From a bacterium (lineage in GTDB: Bacteria; Bdellovibrionota_C; UBA2361; CALJRW01): a DNA stretch of 64,000 nucleotides. The stretch covers positions 1-64,000 of the forward strand of contig JANNBC010000024.1 in the NCBI GenBank assembly GCA_031385045.1, read 5' to 3'. Below are positions 49,492 to 59,061 of the stretch, piece by piece. Within the stretch, counting starts at the first letter, position 1, and every line of letters begins with the position of its first letter. Both the position numbers and the translations under genes were made by a program. The notes beneath the pieces were generated by a model. That model had not been told where the DNA came from. It did not search any database and saw only the letters and a program-made list of their open reading frames with translations.

Positions 49492-51093
49492 TTAAGAGCT
49501 ACAGGATAATGCCGAGCAGCCTGCTTTATCTTTGGCCCAATCTGGCCTTCTTTTATAAAATTTTTGAGTTACACTATTTTCTTGGTAAGGAGTTTTTAAT
49601 GCTAGCATTAGCGAATCAAGTTGTTCGCGGTTTCCAAAAGCGAGTTGCTCGAGAGCTTCTTGAACTAAGTAATTACGTAGGATGAAATAGGGATTATGAC
49701 TATTCATTAGTTTAGTTTGTTCAGTCACTGCAAGTGGATTACTTATTTGTATTTTTAGGAAAGCTTTAATCCAACTAATCAGTGGTTTCGCAATTTCCGG
49801 AAGATTTTCTTGTTGGTAGTAGCAGGCCTCAATCTGTTTTAAAATTAACTGCTCTGTTAATTCTGTTTGTTTAGTTAATTCAATGACCTTAGCAAGTTCA
49901 CGATAGAAAATAGTTGGATCTATTTCTGTTGATTGTAAGGCTTGATCTAGATCTGTGATTAATTGTGTTGCTATTTCTGCTGGTAAATTTTCAAAGCCTA
50001 ATTTCTTGGAGAACATTTTAATAATCTCAGATTCAAAGGTTTCTTGATAACTTTTAAGTCCAATTTGTAATTGCTCAGCAGTCTCCATTAAAGGCTCTAG
50101 CGCTTCTGCTAGTTTGGTTAAATTCCAAAAAGCAATATTTGCTTGGTTGCCAAAGCTGTAACGACTATGTTGACTATCAGTCGTATTTGGAGTCCATGAA
50201 GGATCGTAGATATCAAGCCAGCCATATGGTCCATAATCAATTGTTAATCCAAGAATTGAAAGATTATCAGTATTCATCACGCCATGAACAAAACCAACTC
50301 GCATCCAGTCTACAACTAGACGAGCTGTTCTTTGACATACTTCAGTAAACCAAAGTAAATATTTGTCTTTCGTTAGATTTTGATATTCGGGGTAATGTTG
50401 AGTGATGGTGTAGTCAACTAGATCCTTTAAAAGTTTAAATTCACCGCTAGCAGTTAAGATCTCGAAATGTCCAAAGCGTAAGAAGCTTGGGGCTAGTCTT
50501 GTGGTAATTGCTCCAGGCTCAGCTTGGGGATTGCCATCATAAAACATGTCGCGAATTACAGAATCGCCTGTGAGCGTGCAGCAGAGAGCTCTAGTTGTTG
50601 GAATATTTAGATAATACATTGCCTCACTACATAGAAATTCTCGAAGTGAAGATCTTAAAACTGCTCGACCATCTCCTCGTCTGGAGTACGGAGTTGGCCC
50701 AGCTCCTTTTAATTGAATTTCAACTTTTTGGTTTTTTGAGTTGATTACTTCTCCTAGTGAGATTGCTCGTCCATCTCCTAGTTGACCCGCCCAAAAACCA
50801 AATTGATGTCCTCCATAGCGAGTAGCATAAGGAAACATCTCAGGTAAAATTTGATTGCCAGTAAAAACTTTTGCTTCAATTCCGTCCGTAGTTATAGGTT
50901 CTACTAGATCAAGGAGTTCCCCAGCTGATTCTGACCAGATTAATATTTCTGGTTTACTGACGGGAGTTGGTGAGGTCTTGCAAAATAGAATTTCACTTGT
51001 AGTTCCAGGAGTTAGCAGATCGCGTAGGTCTCCAGGGAAGGTCTGCACAAAGCTGTTTTTAAAGTTTAAGTTATGAAGATTAGAATTACTCAT
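49492..51093 (-). CDS. selO: Protein adenylyltransferase SelO/YdiU
   Basis: YGGHQFG..AGQLGDGRA, QLKGAGPTPYSR, HGVMNTDN, TIDYGPY, C-terminal CSALSCSS; probable start 51093. Confidence 0.95.
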   Translation of the reverse strand: MSNSNLHNLNFKNSFVQTFPGDLRDLLTPGTTSEILFCKTSPTPVSKPEILIWSESAGELLDLVEPITTDGIEAKVFTGNQILPEMFPYATRYGGHQFGFWAGQLGDGRAISLGEVINSKNQKVEIQLKGAGPTPYSRRGDGRAVLRSSLREFLCSEAMYYLNIPTTRALCCTLTGDSVIRDMFYDGNPQAEPGAITTRLAPSFLRFGHFEILTASGEFKLLKDLVDYTITQHYPEYQNLTKDKYLLWFTEVCQRTARLVVDWMRVGFVHGVMNTDNLSILGLTIDYGPYGWLDIYDPSWTPNTTDSQHSRYSFGNQANIAFWNLTKLAEALEPLMETAEQLQIGLKSYQETFESEIIKMFSKKLGFENLPAEIATQLITDLDQALQSTEIDPTIFYRELAKVIELTKQTELTEQLILKQIEACYYQQENLPEIAKPLISWIKAFLKIQISNPLAVTEQTKLMNSHNPYFILRNYLVQEALEQLAFGNREQLDSLMLALKTPYQENSVTQKFYKRRPDWAKDKAGCSALSCSS

Positions 51094-51234
51094 CAGTTTA
51101 TTATCTAAACTTAAAAAATATTTATTAAAGAACACAGCAATAAACTGAGAGTATTAAATTCTAGTAGAGAATCTAAGGTTAGAGAAAGTTAATCACCAAG
51201 TTATCTTTCTTCTAGGTTAAATAGTTGTTACTAA

Positions 51235-54200
51235 TCAGGGATTAGTAACCGGCAAAGTATCTTTTGGTTTTTGTTTATACCAGCCACCATTTGTGGTGTA
51301 GGCATCAAAGCCCCACTTAACCCATTTTATGATTGAGGCTGCTAGCCATAGTGCCCAGAGCAACATTAATATGCGGTAGTACCAAATATCAAATGCTAAG
51401 AACCAAGGACTTGGGATTTCTCCAGTAGTTAAATCCTGATACCAGCTTAAGTATGAGCTACTAGAATCATTTCCAGCAATCATCATTCTAGGAGATCCCA
51501 ATAAGCCAGTTTCAATTGCTTGGTAAAGTGCTTGAAAAGCCCAAAATGACCAAAATGCCAAAAAGATTTGCATTAATGGAAACTTCAAACTGTGGTTCGA
51601 GAGTTTTGTTTTTGCTCTAAATCCTAAGAAGATAAACCAGGTAATAACCATAATGTTAAGACCAAAGTTTACCTGACTTAAACCCATTAATAATAAACAC
51701 CACTGATGGAATTTTAATGGTAAATCTTTTAGGCGACTTAGTGCCCAAGCTAAGATTAATGCCAGCGGAAAATAACCCCAAAAAAGAACGGCTGGGCCAT
51801 ACTGTGTCCCTCCGGTAGCTGTTACCCAGTTCCTTGTTGGCAATTGATAGCTAAGATTTAAATTTGCAGTTGGGGCATTTAGTTGGATCTTAGGTAGCTT
51901 AAAATAGTTATTTAACTTTTTCTTTTCCCGCCATTCTATATCAATAGATTGAGAGCCTGGTACAAGATTAAGATCAATTTTATTGGAATCTGCTTTAAAT
52001 GACTGTGCTACTTGATTAATTTTGACACTAATAATTTCAATTCCGATGGGTAGATCGATTGGATGAATCTCACCTTTACTTGATTTGATTAAAAAATTTA
52101 AAGTATATTTTTGTAAATCTTTTCCAAGATCCGCTACTAGATTTAATGACTCAATAGTTTTGGTAGTGCCCACAATTCCTACCGGTTTCTCTAGTTTTAA
52201 AAGTAGCTTTTCTCCGGGACGTGGATGCCACTCGGGAATTTCTTGGTTGAAATATATTCTTGGGGTTCCCGAGTAATCAAAATGCCAGAGATTACTGGCA
52301 TTAAGGTACCACTTCTCATTCCAAACTTTATTGGAAGCAGCTACTAGCTCTAGCTGATCTGTTACTTTTAAAATTGATTTAAAAGTTTTTTGATATTCGT
52401 TCGGTTTAAATTCGGCAATAACTTGACCATTTTTTACTTCAACTCCAGGAGTCACCAGCGATTCTTCTTTTAAGAGCTGATAACTAATTTCATAACTACT
52501 ACTCGCCGGTGAAAGTCGAACGATAGTTGTAGTAATTGAGGCATCATAGGCAAGGTCGATTTGCCGACTGATCGTAAATTGTTGATCAAGCTTTAAAGGT
52601 TTGACTAGATCTCCTTGTTGTTTATTGGCGGTTGCGTCCACCGGAAGTTCTTTTGCTGCTCTGGTTAGGCTGATCACTTGATCTACTTTGCCGGTATTAC
52701 TAATTCCTGTAACAACCCAATCACTGGCTTTAAATTTTCCAGAACTTGGAATTACTGGGAATGATAAGTTAATTGATTCACGGTCTTTTAAGGAGCCACT
52801 AATTACTAAATTGTTTATTCCTTTAGCCAGTGCCACAAGTAATAAATCCCCATTTGTTTTTAGTCGTAAATGTTCACTACTATTATTAATTGTAATTTCT
52901 TCAACCGCTAAGTCATGGCGATTAAACGGTAGGGGGAAAAAAGAGTCACTAAGATTGTGAATTTCAAATTTAAACTTGAATTTTTGTTCTGCTAAATCTA
53001 TTTCAAAGCGGGAAATATTCGCACAATTAGGTAAGCACTCGGGAGATTTTTCTTGGTTAGTGAGAACGTAACTTGAGAGCTCTTGCAGTAAGTGTTCGTC
53101 AGGAAAGATATCTCCAGTTGTTTGCTCCTGAGCCATAACTTTAGTTTGCTGGCAAAGTAGTAGTGCTAGCATTAAACTGGCTTTTAAAAATGGGACTCTA
53201 AATGGCAATGAGTTTATTAAGAATCTAGCTAATAATAGCAGGATCAAGATTGCTCTTAAGAAACTTAGAATAATATTAGTCATCGGTGAGATTAAGCTAA
53301 ATTTAATTTTTTGATCTTGGATTACTGGCGTATTCCAACCAAAACTATAGGAACTATTTGATTGCCAGTTAGAGACTCCTCGACCAGTTTGTACAGCCTG
53401 ATCAATGTTAGTTTGATATTGTAACTTCTTAACTTCTTCTTTTTTATCATTTTGATAGCCTTCATCAGAAACTTTGCCACGAGCGAGCGAGCCCATTACG
53501 CTGTCGCTCTCCAGAGCAGACAGCGCTTTCTTCATTGGCTCATCGTAGGAAATGCTAGGCGAAGCTACTGATTCAGAGGCGCCACCAAAGGCACTAGCAT
53601 TTAGTTGATCGTTAAAATAGATTCTTTTTAGTTGAGGGTGGATACTAAATTTAATATCATTAAAAATATAATTTAAAACAAAAAGCGTAGTGACGCCAAT
53701 TATTAAGATCTTAAATCGATTACAAAAACTTGCAAATCGTTGATGCTTAACATAAATGCTGAGTGCTGATAGTGCCGTAGCAAAAAGTATAATGCCAGTA
53801 ATGCTAAAAACATTTTTTTCGAATAATAATAAAGCGCCAAAAGCTAAAACGGCACTTTGCCAGTTAAAGACTTTAAAAATTGCTACCACAGTTAACATCA
53901 CTAGGAAGATATCAAGTAGTGTCCATTTTGCTAACCAACTACCATTTACATAATCTACCCCCCAGATATGAAATAGTTGCCAGCCTGGGGCTAAAAATAA
54001 ACTATTATTTACTGAATTAAACTCAGTTTTCCAGCCAGGAAAATTTAGTTCTTGAACATTAGTGGTTTGGCTATTGGCAATCATATTAATATTACCTGGT
54101 CGAACCTCAATTCCAACCAAGTCTCCAGAGTCAGAAGTTTTAGTAATAAGTTGATCGATACCATTGATATTCACATTTCCTAAGCTGTAATCAGGATTAA

Positions 54201-55332
54201 TTGTTAAATGTTGATCGCTAGCAATTTGTCCATTAAGTTCATCCCGAATGGAGAGGGAGGCACCATCAAAATTTAGCTTAATTTGGCGATTAAGACTTAG
54301 CGAGTTAGTTGATTGTTTGGCCTCACCTCGTTTGTGCTCAAGTATTTCTAGCGTTTGGCTTGGTTCAATTTTATAGGTATTAAGATTTTGCCATTCCGCA
54401 GGGATGTTATAGAGAGTGGGATCCACTGCACTTGCACCTGCTAAATCCACAACCCTTAAGCTTGGATTGCTGGCAAAAGACCAAAGCTCAAAGGGAACCC
54501 AATCGTCACCTGTTGGAAATTTAATTTTTTCCAACGCATTATTGGTAAAACTTTCTGTTTGAATTGTATAAGAACCTGCTCTAGCTTGCACTAAAATATT
54601 ACCCTGTTGGTCAATATTAATTGGCAAGGCTGAGGTGATATTAGTTAAGGCAAATCCTGGTAAGCTAATCTGGTTTAATTTTATTTCACGAGATTTACCA
54701 GAGATTTCTAGTTTTACAATTGTTTCTAGTTTGGCTGGAAGGTCGTCCTCGATCTTACGAAATACTTTTAAATCTAAATAATTAATATCTGCAGTAACAG
54801 TTTCTGTAGTTGGTTGATTAAGTGTTAAGGCCCCATTTTGAATATTGGGGAAAGGTAAATTTTTGCCATTAAGTGAAATATCTAAAAGCGCGATGTTCGG
54901 AGGTAGTGTGAATTTATCAGGTAAGGTTGCCCATGTATATTCGCCGGTGATCTGATACTCTCCCGCCTCTAAGTATATACCCGGGGAATTATTAATATTA
55001 GTAATCGCTTGTAATTGACCATTAACTTTTACTGATTGTGGCCAGAATTCTAAGTTACCGGGAAGTGGAATTGAACTTTGATCATCTAAAATAATATTAT
55101 AGCTAAAATTACCGCTAGTATTATTTAATGCTAGATTTAACTTTGATTCCCAAGAACAAATTTTCTGATCATAATTATTAAAACTATAACTACATTTATT
55201 AGTGTCAAAATCTCGGCTAACCCATTTAACCCAAGGCTTTAAACTGTTTGGAATTTGTTCTTCCCAATTAGGATTTGCAAAAAGTTGTATTGGAAATATT
55301 AAGACGATTAGTAAAAAAACAATTTTTTTCAT
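51235..55332 (-). CDS. Very large uncharacterised membrane protein (signal peptide, two extracytoplasmic beta regions, two TM clusters)
   Basis: 1365-aa ORF; hydrophobic blocks near aa 470-560, 690-730 and 1180-1340. Confidence 0.75.
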   Translation of the reverse strand: MKKIVFLLIVLIFPIQLFANPNWEEQIPNSLKPWVKWVSRDFDTNKCSYSFNNYDQKICSWESKLNLALNNTSGNFSYNIILDDQSSIPLPGNLEFWPQSVKVNGQLQAITNINNSPGIYLEAGEYQITGEYTWATLPDKFTLPPNIALLDISLNGKNLPFPNIQNGALTLNQPTTETVTADINYLDLKVFRKIEDDLPAKLETIVKLEISGKSREIKLNQISLPGFALTNITSALPINIDQQGNILVQARAGSYTIQTESFTNNALEKIKFPTGDDWVPFELWSFASNPSLRVVDLAGASAVDPTLYNIPAEWQNLNTYKIEPSQTLEILEHKRGEAKQSTNSLSLNRQIKLNFDGASLSIRDELNGQIASDQHLTINPDYSLGNVNINGIDQLITKTSDSGDLVGIEVRPGNINMIANSQTTNVQELNFPGWKTEFNSVNNSLFLAPGWQLFHIWGVDYVNGSWLAKWTLLDIFLVMLTVVAIFKVFNWQSAVLAFGALLLFEKNVFSITGIILFATALSALSIYVKHQRFASFCNRFKILIIGVTTLFVLNYIFNDIKFSIHPQLKRIYFNDQLNASAFGGASESVASPSISYDEPMKKALSALESDSVMGSLARGKVSDEGYQNDKKEEVKKLQYQTNIDQAVQTGRGVSNWQSNSSYSFGWNTPVIQDQKIKFSLISPMTNIILSFLRAILILLLLARFLINSLPFRVPFLKASLMLALLLCQQTKVMAQEQTTGDIFPDEHLLQELSSYVLTNQEKSPECLPNCANISRFEIDLAEQKFKFKFEIHNLSDSFFPLPFNRHDLAVEEITINNSSEHLRLKTNGDLLLVALAKGINNLVISGSLKDRESINLSFPVIPSSGKFKASDWVVTGISNTGKVDQVISLTRAAKELPVDATANKQQGDLVKPLKLDQQFTISRQIDLAYDASITTTIVRLSPASSSYEISYQLLKEESLVTPGVEVKNGQVIAEFKPNEYQKTFKSILKVTDQLELVAASNKVWNEKWYLNASNLWHFDYSGTPRIYFNQEIPEWHPRPGEKLLLKLEKPVGIVGTTKTIESLNLVADLGKDLQKYTLNFLIKSSKGEIHPIDLPIGIEIISVKINQVAQSFKADSNKIDLNLVPGSQSIDIEWREKKKLNNYFKLPKIQLNAPTANLNLSYQLPTRNWVTATGGTQYGPAVLFWGYFPLALILAWALSRLKDLPLKFHQWCLLLMGLSQVNFGLNIMVITWFIFLGFRAKTKLSNHSLKFPLMQIFLAFWSFWAFQALYQAIETGLLGSPRMMIAGNDSSSSYLSWYQDLTTGEIPSPWFLAFDIWYYRILMLLWALWLAASIIKWVKWGFDAYTTNGGWYKQKPKDTLPVTNP

Positions 55333-55488
55333 ATTTTATTTAAGGGGCAAAAAATAGCTTAATTTAATATAGTAGAAAGATATTTTGCTTGCTAGGACAT
55401 ATTATTCCTTAACTAAACAATTTAAATTGGCCATTTAGCTTAAAACAGGCTCAATTTAAAACTAAAAAGCTGATTTTTAATTAAAAAT

Positions 55489-55516
55489 TAAAGGTTTGGT
55501 TCTTAATCTTCGATAT
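55489..55516 (+). promoter_or_regulatory. sigma28-like promoter of the pilin-like gene
   Basis: TAAA-N16-TTCGATAT, ending 27 nt before the ATG at 55544. Confidence 0.4.
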
Positions 55517-55543
55517 TAATACAGGGCATTTATTGTATAAAGA

Positions 55544-56110
55544 ATGAATCGGGGATTTTCTCTTATTGAATTATTAGTAACAACTAGTATCGTTTCGATA
55601 CTGGCATCTTTAAGCGTAGCTAATGTTAATGCTTTTAGAGAGTCGGCAATGTATGCCGCTGCTAAATCTGAGATGATCCAAATTAGAACTGTTGTGGTCG
55701 CTGCTCAAAATAATTCTAACCTACGTTTAGCTGACATCACTGGTTCTGAATATTCAGTAGGACCTTGTTTTGGTTCTTCTGATTTAAGTCAGATAGCAGA
55801 CTCTCATCCATGTTACCAAAGAACATTGTTATCTTTTACTCGAATTGCCAATGCTGCTGGTATTCCTGGTGCGCTAGATGGAATGATCCGTGACCCCTGG
55901 GGAGCACCTTGGCTTTTAGATGAGAACGAGGGTCAAGGTGGCGGAGCCTGCAGCAATGATTACTTTAGTAGTTGTGGAGTAAATCGCACCGTCGAGACTC
56001 CAGCAGGCAAAAGCTTTAGTGGGATCGGCTTAAGTTTTCCTTTTGCAACCCCAAAATGTGTTAATAGCGTAACATCTTTTGGAGATAAGTTTTGGGGTAG
56101 AACTTCATGA
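55544..56110 (+). CDS. Type IV pilin / GspG-like pseudopilin
   Basis: MNRG|FSLIELLV; RDPWGAPW GspG-like motif; several Cys. Confidence 0.88.
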   Translation: MNRGFSLIELLVTTSIVSILASLSVANVNAFRESAMYAAAKSEMIQIRTVVVAAQNNSNLRLADITGSEYSVGPCFGSSDLSQIADSHPCYQRTLLSFTRIANAAGIPGALDGMIRDPWGAPWLLDENEGQGGGACSNDYFSSCGVNRTVETPAGKSFSGIGLSFPFATPKCVNSVTSFGDKFWGRTS

Positions 56111-56143
56111 GTTTTTACATATTAAATCCATTTTGATAAGTTT

Positions 56144-56214
56144 ATATAGTGATGACAAAAAATAAATTACGTAAAAGTTACATAGATCAATTTGTTTTTT
56201 TGTCATAACTATAT
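56144..56214. repeat. TA-bounded terminal-inverted-repeat element (Correia/ERIC-like MITE)
   Basis: ATATAGTGATGACAAAAAATAAATT / AATTTGTTTTTTTGTCATAACTATAT near-perfect IR. Confidence 0.7.
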
Positions 56215-56236
56215 GGTTTTATTATCCCTCCGGGGG

Positions 56237-56317
56237 ATAGAAAGCCCCAAAAAGTAATTTCCTTATGTAAATTACTTTTGGACTTTCTATATTGAGTCCA
56301 AGAAATAATTTACCTTA
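56237..56317. repeat. Dispersed palindromic repeat, copy 2 plus a partial third copy
   Basis: ATAGAAAG-CC-CCAAAAAGTAATTT-CCTTATGT-AAATTACTTTTGG-A-CTTTCTAT-ATT, then GAGTCCAAGAAATAATTTACCTTA; related to 44274-44335. Confidence 0.75.
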
Positions 56318-56402
56318 CATTTGGGGATTTTGATTTGGAGTAACTATTTTGCATGTTGCAAATATTAAGCCAGCTCCCTTTTTTTTTATATTTTTATTTT
56401 TT

Positions 56403-57536
56403 GTGTTAACTGAAAACTTAAACGAATCTTCTGGCACTATTGCTAAAATTAATTTAGCTAATCTAGCACATAATTTTCTAGCGATTAAGAAATTAGTCGG
56501 TAGAACGAAGATTATGGCAATGGTTAAAGCTGATGCTTATGGCCATGGAATGATCCCTATTGCTCAGCGATTAATTACTTCGGGAGTTGATTATTTGGGA
56601 GTTGCATTTGTCGAAGAGGGGATTGCTTTGCGCCAAGCAGGAGTTTTGACACCAGTTTTGGTCACGGGTGGTATCTTAGGAAAGCAATTTGCAAATTTTT
56701 TAGATTATAATTTAGAAATTACTCTTTCTTCGGTTTATAAACTGGCGGAGCTAGAGAGCGTTTGTCAGCAGAAAAATAAAATTGCTCAAGTTCATTTAAA
56801 GATTGATACAGGAATGGAGCGTATTGGCATTCACTCGGAGAATGCCAGTCAATTAATTGATCGAGCAATTAATTCCAAGTGGATTGAGATTAAAGGAGTC
56901 TATTCCCATTTTGCCTGTGCGGATCAAGTTGGTTCAAATTTTACAAAGCTCCAATTAGAAAAGTTTTTAAATGTTGTTGATTACTTTAAAAAGCAGAATT
57001 ATCGGAGTCCGGTATTAATGCATCTTGCTAATTCTGCTGCTCTAGATACTTGTCCTGAAAGTTTTTTAGATTTAGTGAGGCCAGGGATTTTTCTTTACGG
57101 TTGCTATCCAGAAAATCATTTCCAATCTTCCTTGGAGCTTCGACCTGTTTTATCTTTAGAGACTAAAGTTGTTTATTTTAAAGTCATTCCGGCAAATACT
57201 GGCGTAAGTTATAGTCATAGTTGGAAATCTACTAAGCAAACTAGAATTGTCACTTTACCAATTGGTTATGGGCATGGTTATTCGCGCGCCTTGGCTAATC
57301 GAGCAGATGTGCTGATTCATGGCAAGCGCTGTCAACTTGTTGGAAATATTTGTATGGATCAATTAATGGTGGATTTAGGGGATCATCAGGCTTATGTCGA
57401 TGACTCGGTTGTATTAATTGGTCAAGATGGTGATCAACGAATTACGGTAGAAAAACTTGCGGAGTTATCTGGCACCATTTCTTATGAAATTTTAACAAAT
57501 CTAAAATCGCGTATTCCGCGAATTTACCAAGAATAG
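56403..57536 (+). CDS. alr: Alanine racemase
   Basis: AMVKADAYGHG, HLKIDTGMERIG, HLANS, PIGYGHGY, ICMDQ; probable GTG start at 56403. Confidence 0.95.
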   Translation: MLTENLNESSGTIAKINLANLAHNFLAIKKLVGRTKIMAMVKADAYGHGMIPIAQRLITSGVDYLGVAFVEEGIALRQAGVLTPVLVTGGILGKQFANFLDYNLEITLSSVYKLAELESVCQQKNKIAQVHLKIDTGMERIGIHSENASQLIDRAINSKWIEIKGVYSHFACADQVGSNFTKLQLEKFLNVVDYFKKQNYRSPVLMHLANSAALDTCPESFLDLVRPGIFLYGCYPENHFQSSLELRPVLSLETKVVYFKVIPANTGVSYSHSWKSTKQTRIVTLPIGYGHGYSRALANRADVLIHGKRCQLVGNICMDQLMVDLGDHQAYVDDSVVLIGQDGDQRITVEKLAELSGTISYEILTNLKSRIPRIYQE

Positions 57537-57544
57537 TATTTCGT

Positions 57545-58606
57545 ATGAGCGATAGCCAAATCACTGCCAAGTTACTTAATGCTGCTGAATTATTTCACTA
57601 TGCTAATAAATTTAGAGGCCAGGTTTTTATTGTAATATTTAAAAACAATGCGGACTTTTTTAGTTTAGTTACTGATTTAAAAGTTATTCATAAGGCGCAA
57701 ATCAATTTAATAGTGATTTTGGAACAAGAAAAAGATTTTTTAAAGATTCAAGAATATTGTCGCTTTGATTTAGAATTTAAAACTATTGATGTGGCAGATT
57801 TAGCAATAAGCTACGAGGTTATTGATCTGCAGCGGCAAGGATTGTGTCCTGTAATTAATTTAAATCTGGAATCGACTATCGAATTTATTAAAAGCCTGGA
57901 TGACTTGCAGGCAATTAATAAATTAATTTTTGCTGGTTGTTATCAACCTTTGATAATTGAAGGGGAGATTAAGTATTTTATTACGCAAACTGATTTAATT
58001 GAAAAAGTGGAACAGAATCAGTCTTATAATTTACTAGCTAGCTACCTCCATTTGTTAAATAATAAATCTGACTTGGTGTTGATTCCGGCTAAACAAGGGG
58101 AGTTATTTCGAGAAATATTTACCTATTTAGGTGCTGGAACTCTAGTAACAGCACAGTCTGATATAGTTTTTCAGCTGGCCTTACTAAAACAAGTTCCACA
58201 AATTTATTATATTCTTCTGACCTACGTGGATGAGGGGTTAATTTTGCCAATTTCTGAACAAGAGATTGTCGAACGGCTAGGTGATTTTTTTGTACTTAGT
58301 ATCGAAGATGAGGTGATTGGAGTTGTTTCTATTAAGATTTATGAACAAGCTGCGGAGATTGGAAAGCTCTGCACCTTGCCGCGTTATCGTAATAAAGGTT
58401 TGGCTAGTAGTCTGATTCAGCAGGTAATCAAATACTGTCAGGCTCAAAAGCTTGATTACTTATTTGCTTTAAGTCGTAATCAGAATGTTTTAGATATTTT
58501 TCGTAATTTTGGCTTTCAAGATTGTCCGCGTGAGGAGTTACCAATGGCCTGGCAGGCGGGGTATGATTTTGCGAGGCCATCGAGGGCTTGTCGTCTGAAA
58601 ATTTAA
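57545..58606 (+). CDS. Amino-acid N-acetyltransferase (ArgA-like; eroded AAK domain plus GNAT)
   Basis: ELFHYANKFRGQVF, EIFTYLGAGTLV, YRNKGLASSL, LPMAWQAGYDFARPSR. Confidence 0.7.
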   Translation: MSDSQITAKLLNAAELFHYANKFRGQVFIVIFKNNADFFSLVTDLKVIHKAQINLIVILEQEKDFLKIQEYCRFDLEFKTIDVADLAISYEVIDLQRQGLCPVINLNLESTIEFIKSLDDLQAINKLIFAGCYQPLIIEGEIKYFITQTDLIEKVEQNQSYNLLASYLHLLNNKSDLVLIPAKQGELFREIFTYLGAGTLVTAQSDIVFQLALLKQVPQIYYILLTYVDEGLILPISEQEIVERLGDFFVLSIEDEVIGVVSIKIYEQAAEIGKLCTLPRYRNKGLASSLIQQVIKYCQAQKLDYLFALSRNQNVLDIFRNFGFQDCPREELPMAWQAGYDFARPSRACRLKI

Positions 58607-58619
58607 GGGTTTTTTAGAC

Positions 58620-58648
58620 TTGCTTTATATTTCCTAAATGACTAGTAT
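58620..58648 (+). promoter_or_regulatory. sigma70-type promoter of ihfB
   Basis: TTGCTT-N17-TAGTAT. Confidence 0.5.
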
Positions 58649-58758
58649 CATTACTTATTTGATTATCCACCCAGTAACAAACAAATTTTGCATATATGCT
58701 TAAATTGTATCTGGTGGTTAATATGATGGCTTAGCCATTATAATTTACATTTGTTGTT

Positions 58759-59055
58759 ATGAATAAATCTGAACTCATTGAAAAATTAGCTATTAAGTCA
58801 AACATCAGTATTCTTCAGGCGGAAGAGATTATTAACCTAATCTTTCGTAAGATGCGCGATACTCTAGTAAATGATGGAAGAATCGAAATTAGAGGTTTCG
58901 GCAGTTTTGTAGTTAAGAAATATCAGTCTTATAAGGGGCGTAATCCTAAGACTGGTGATGAAATTCCTGTTCCAGACAAGCGTCTTCCTGCATTTAAAGT
59001 CGGGAAGGAGCTAAAAGAGCGAGTAGATGCTTATCGTAAGCCTGGAGAGTCATAA
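58759..59055 (+). CDS. ihfB: Integration host factor beta / HU family DNA-binding protein
   Basis: MNKSELI, RIEIRGFGSF, GRNPKTG, FKVGKELKERV. Confidence 0.88.
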   Translation: MNKSELIEKLAIKSNISILQAEEIINLIFRKMRDTLVNDGRIEIRGFGSFVVKKYQSYKGRNPKTGDEIPVPDKRLPAFKVGKELKERVDAYRKPGES

Positions 59056-59061
59056 TCAAAG

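Noticed and set aside
49492..49520. Selenocysteine recoding at the SelO C-terminus
   Set aside because: The protein ends CSALSCSS-TAA with Cys codons and no in-frame TGA
44165..56317. Repeat clusters as a CRISPR array
   Set aside because: No regularly spaced direct repeats with unique spacers and no cas genes
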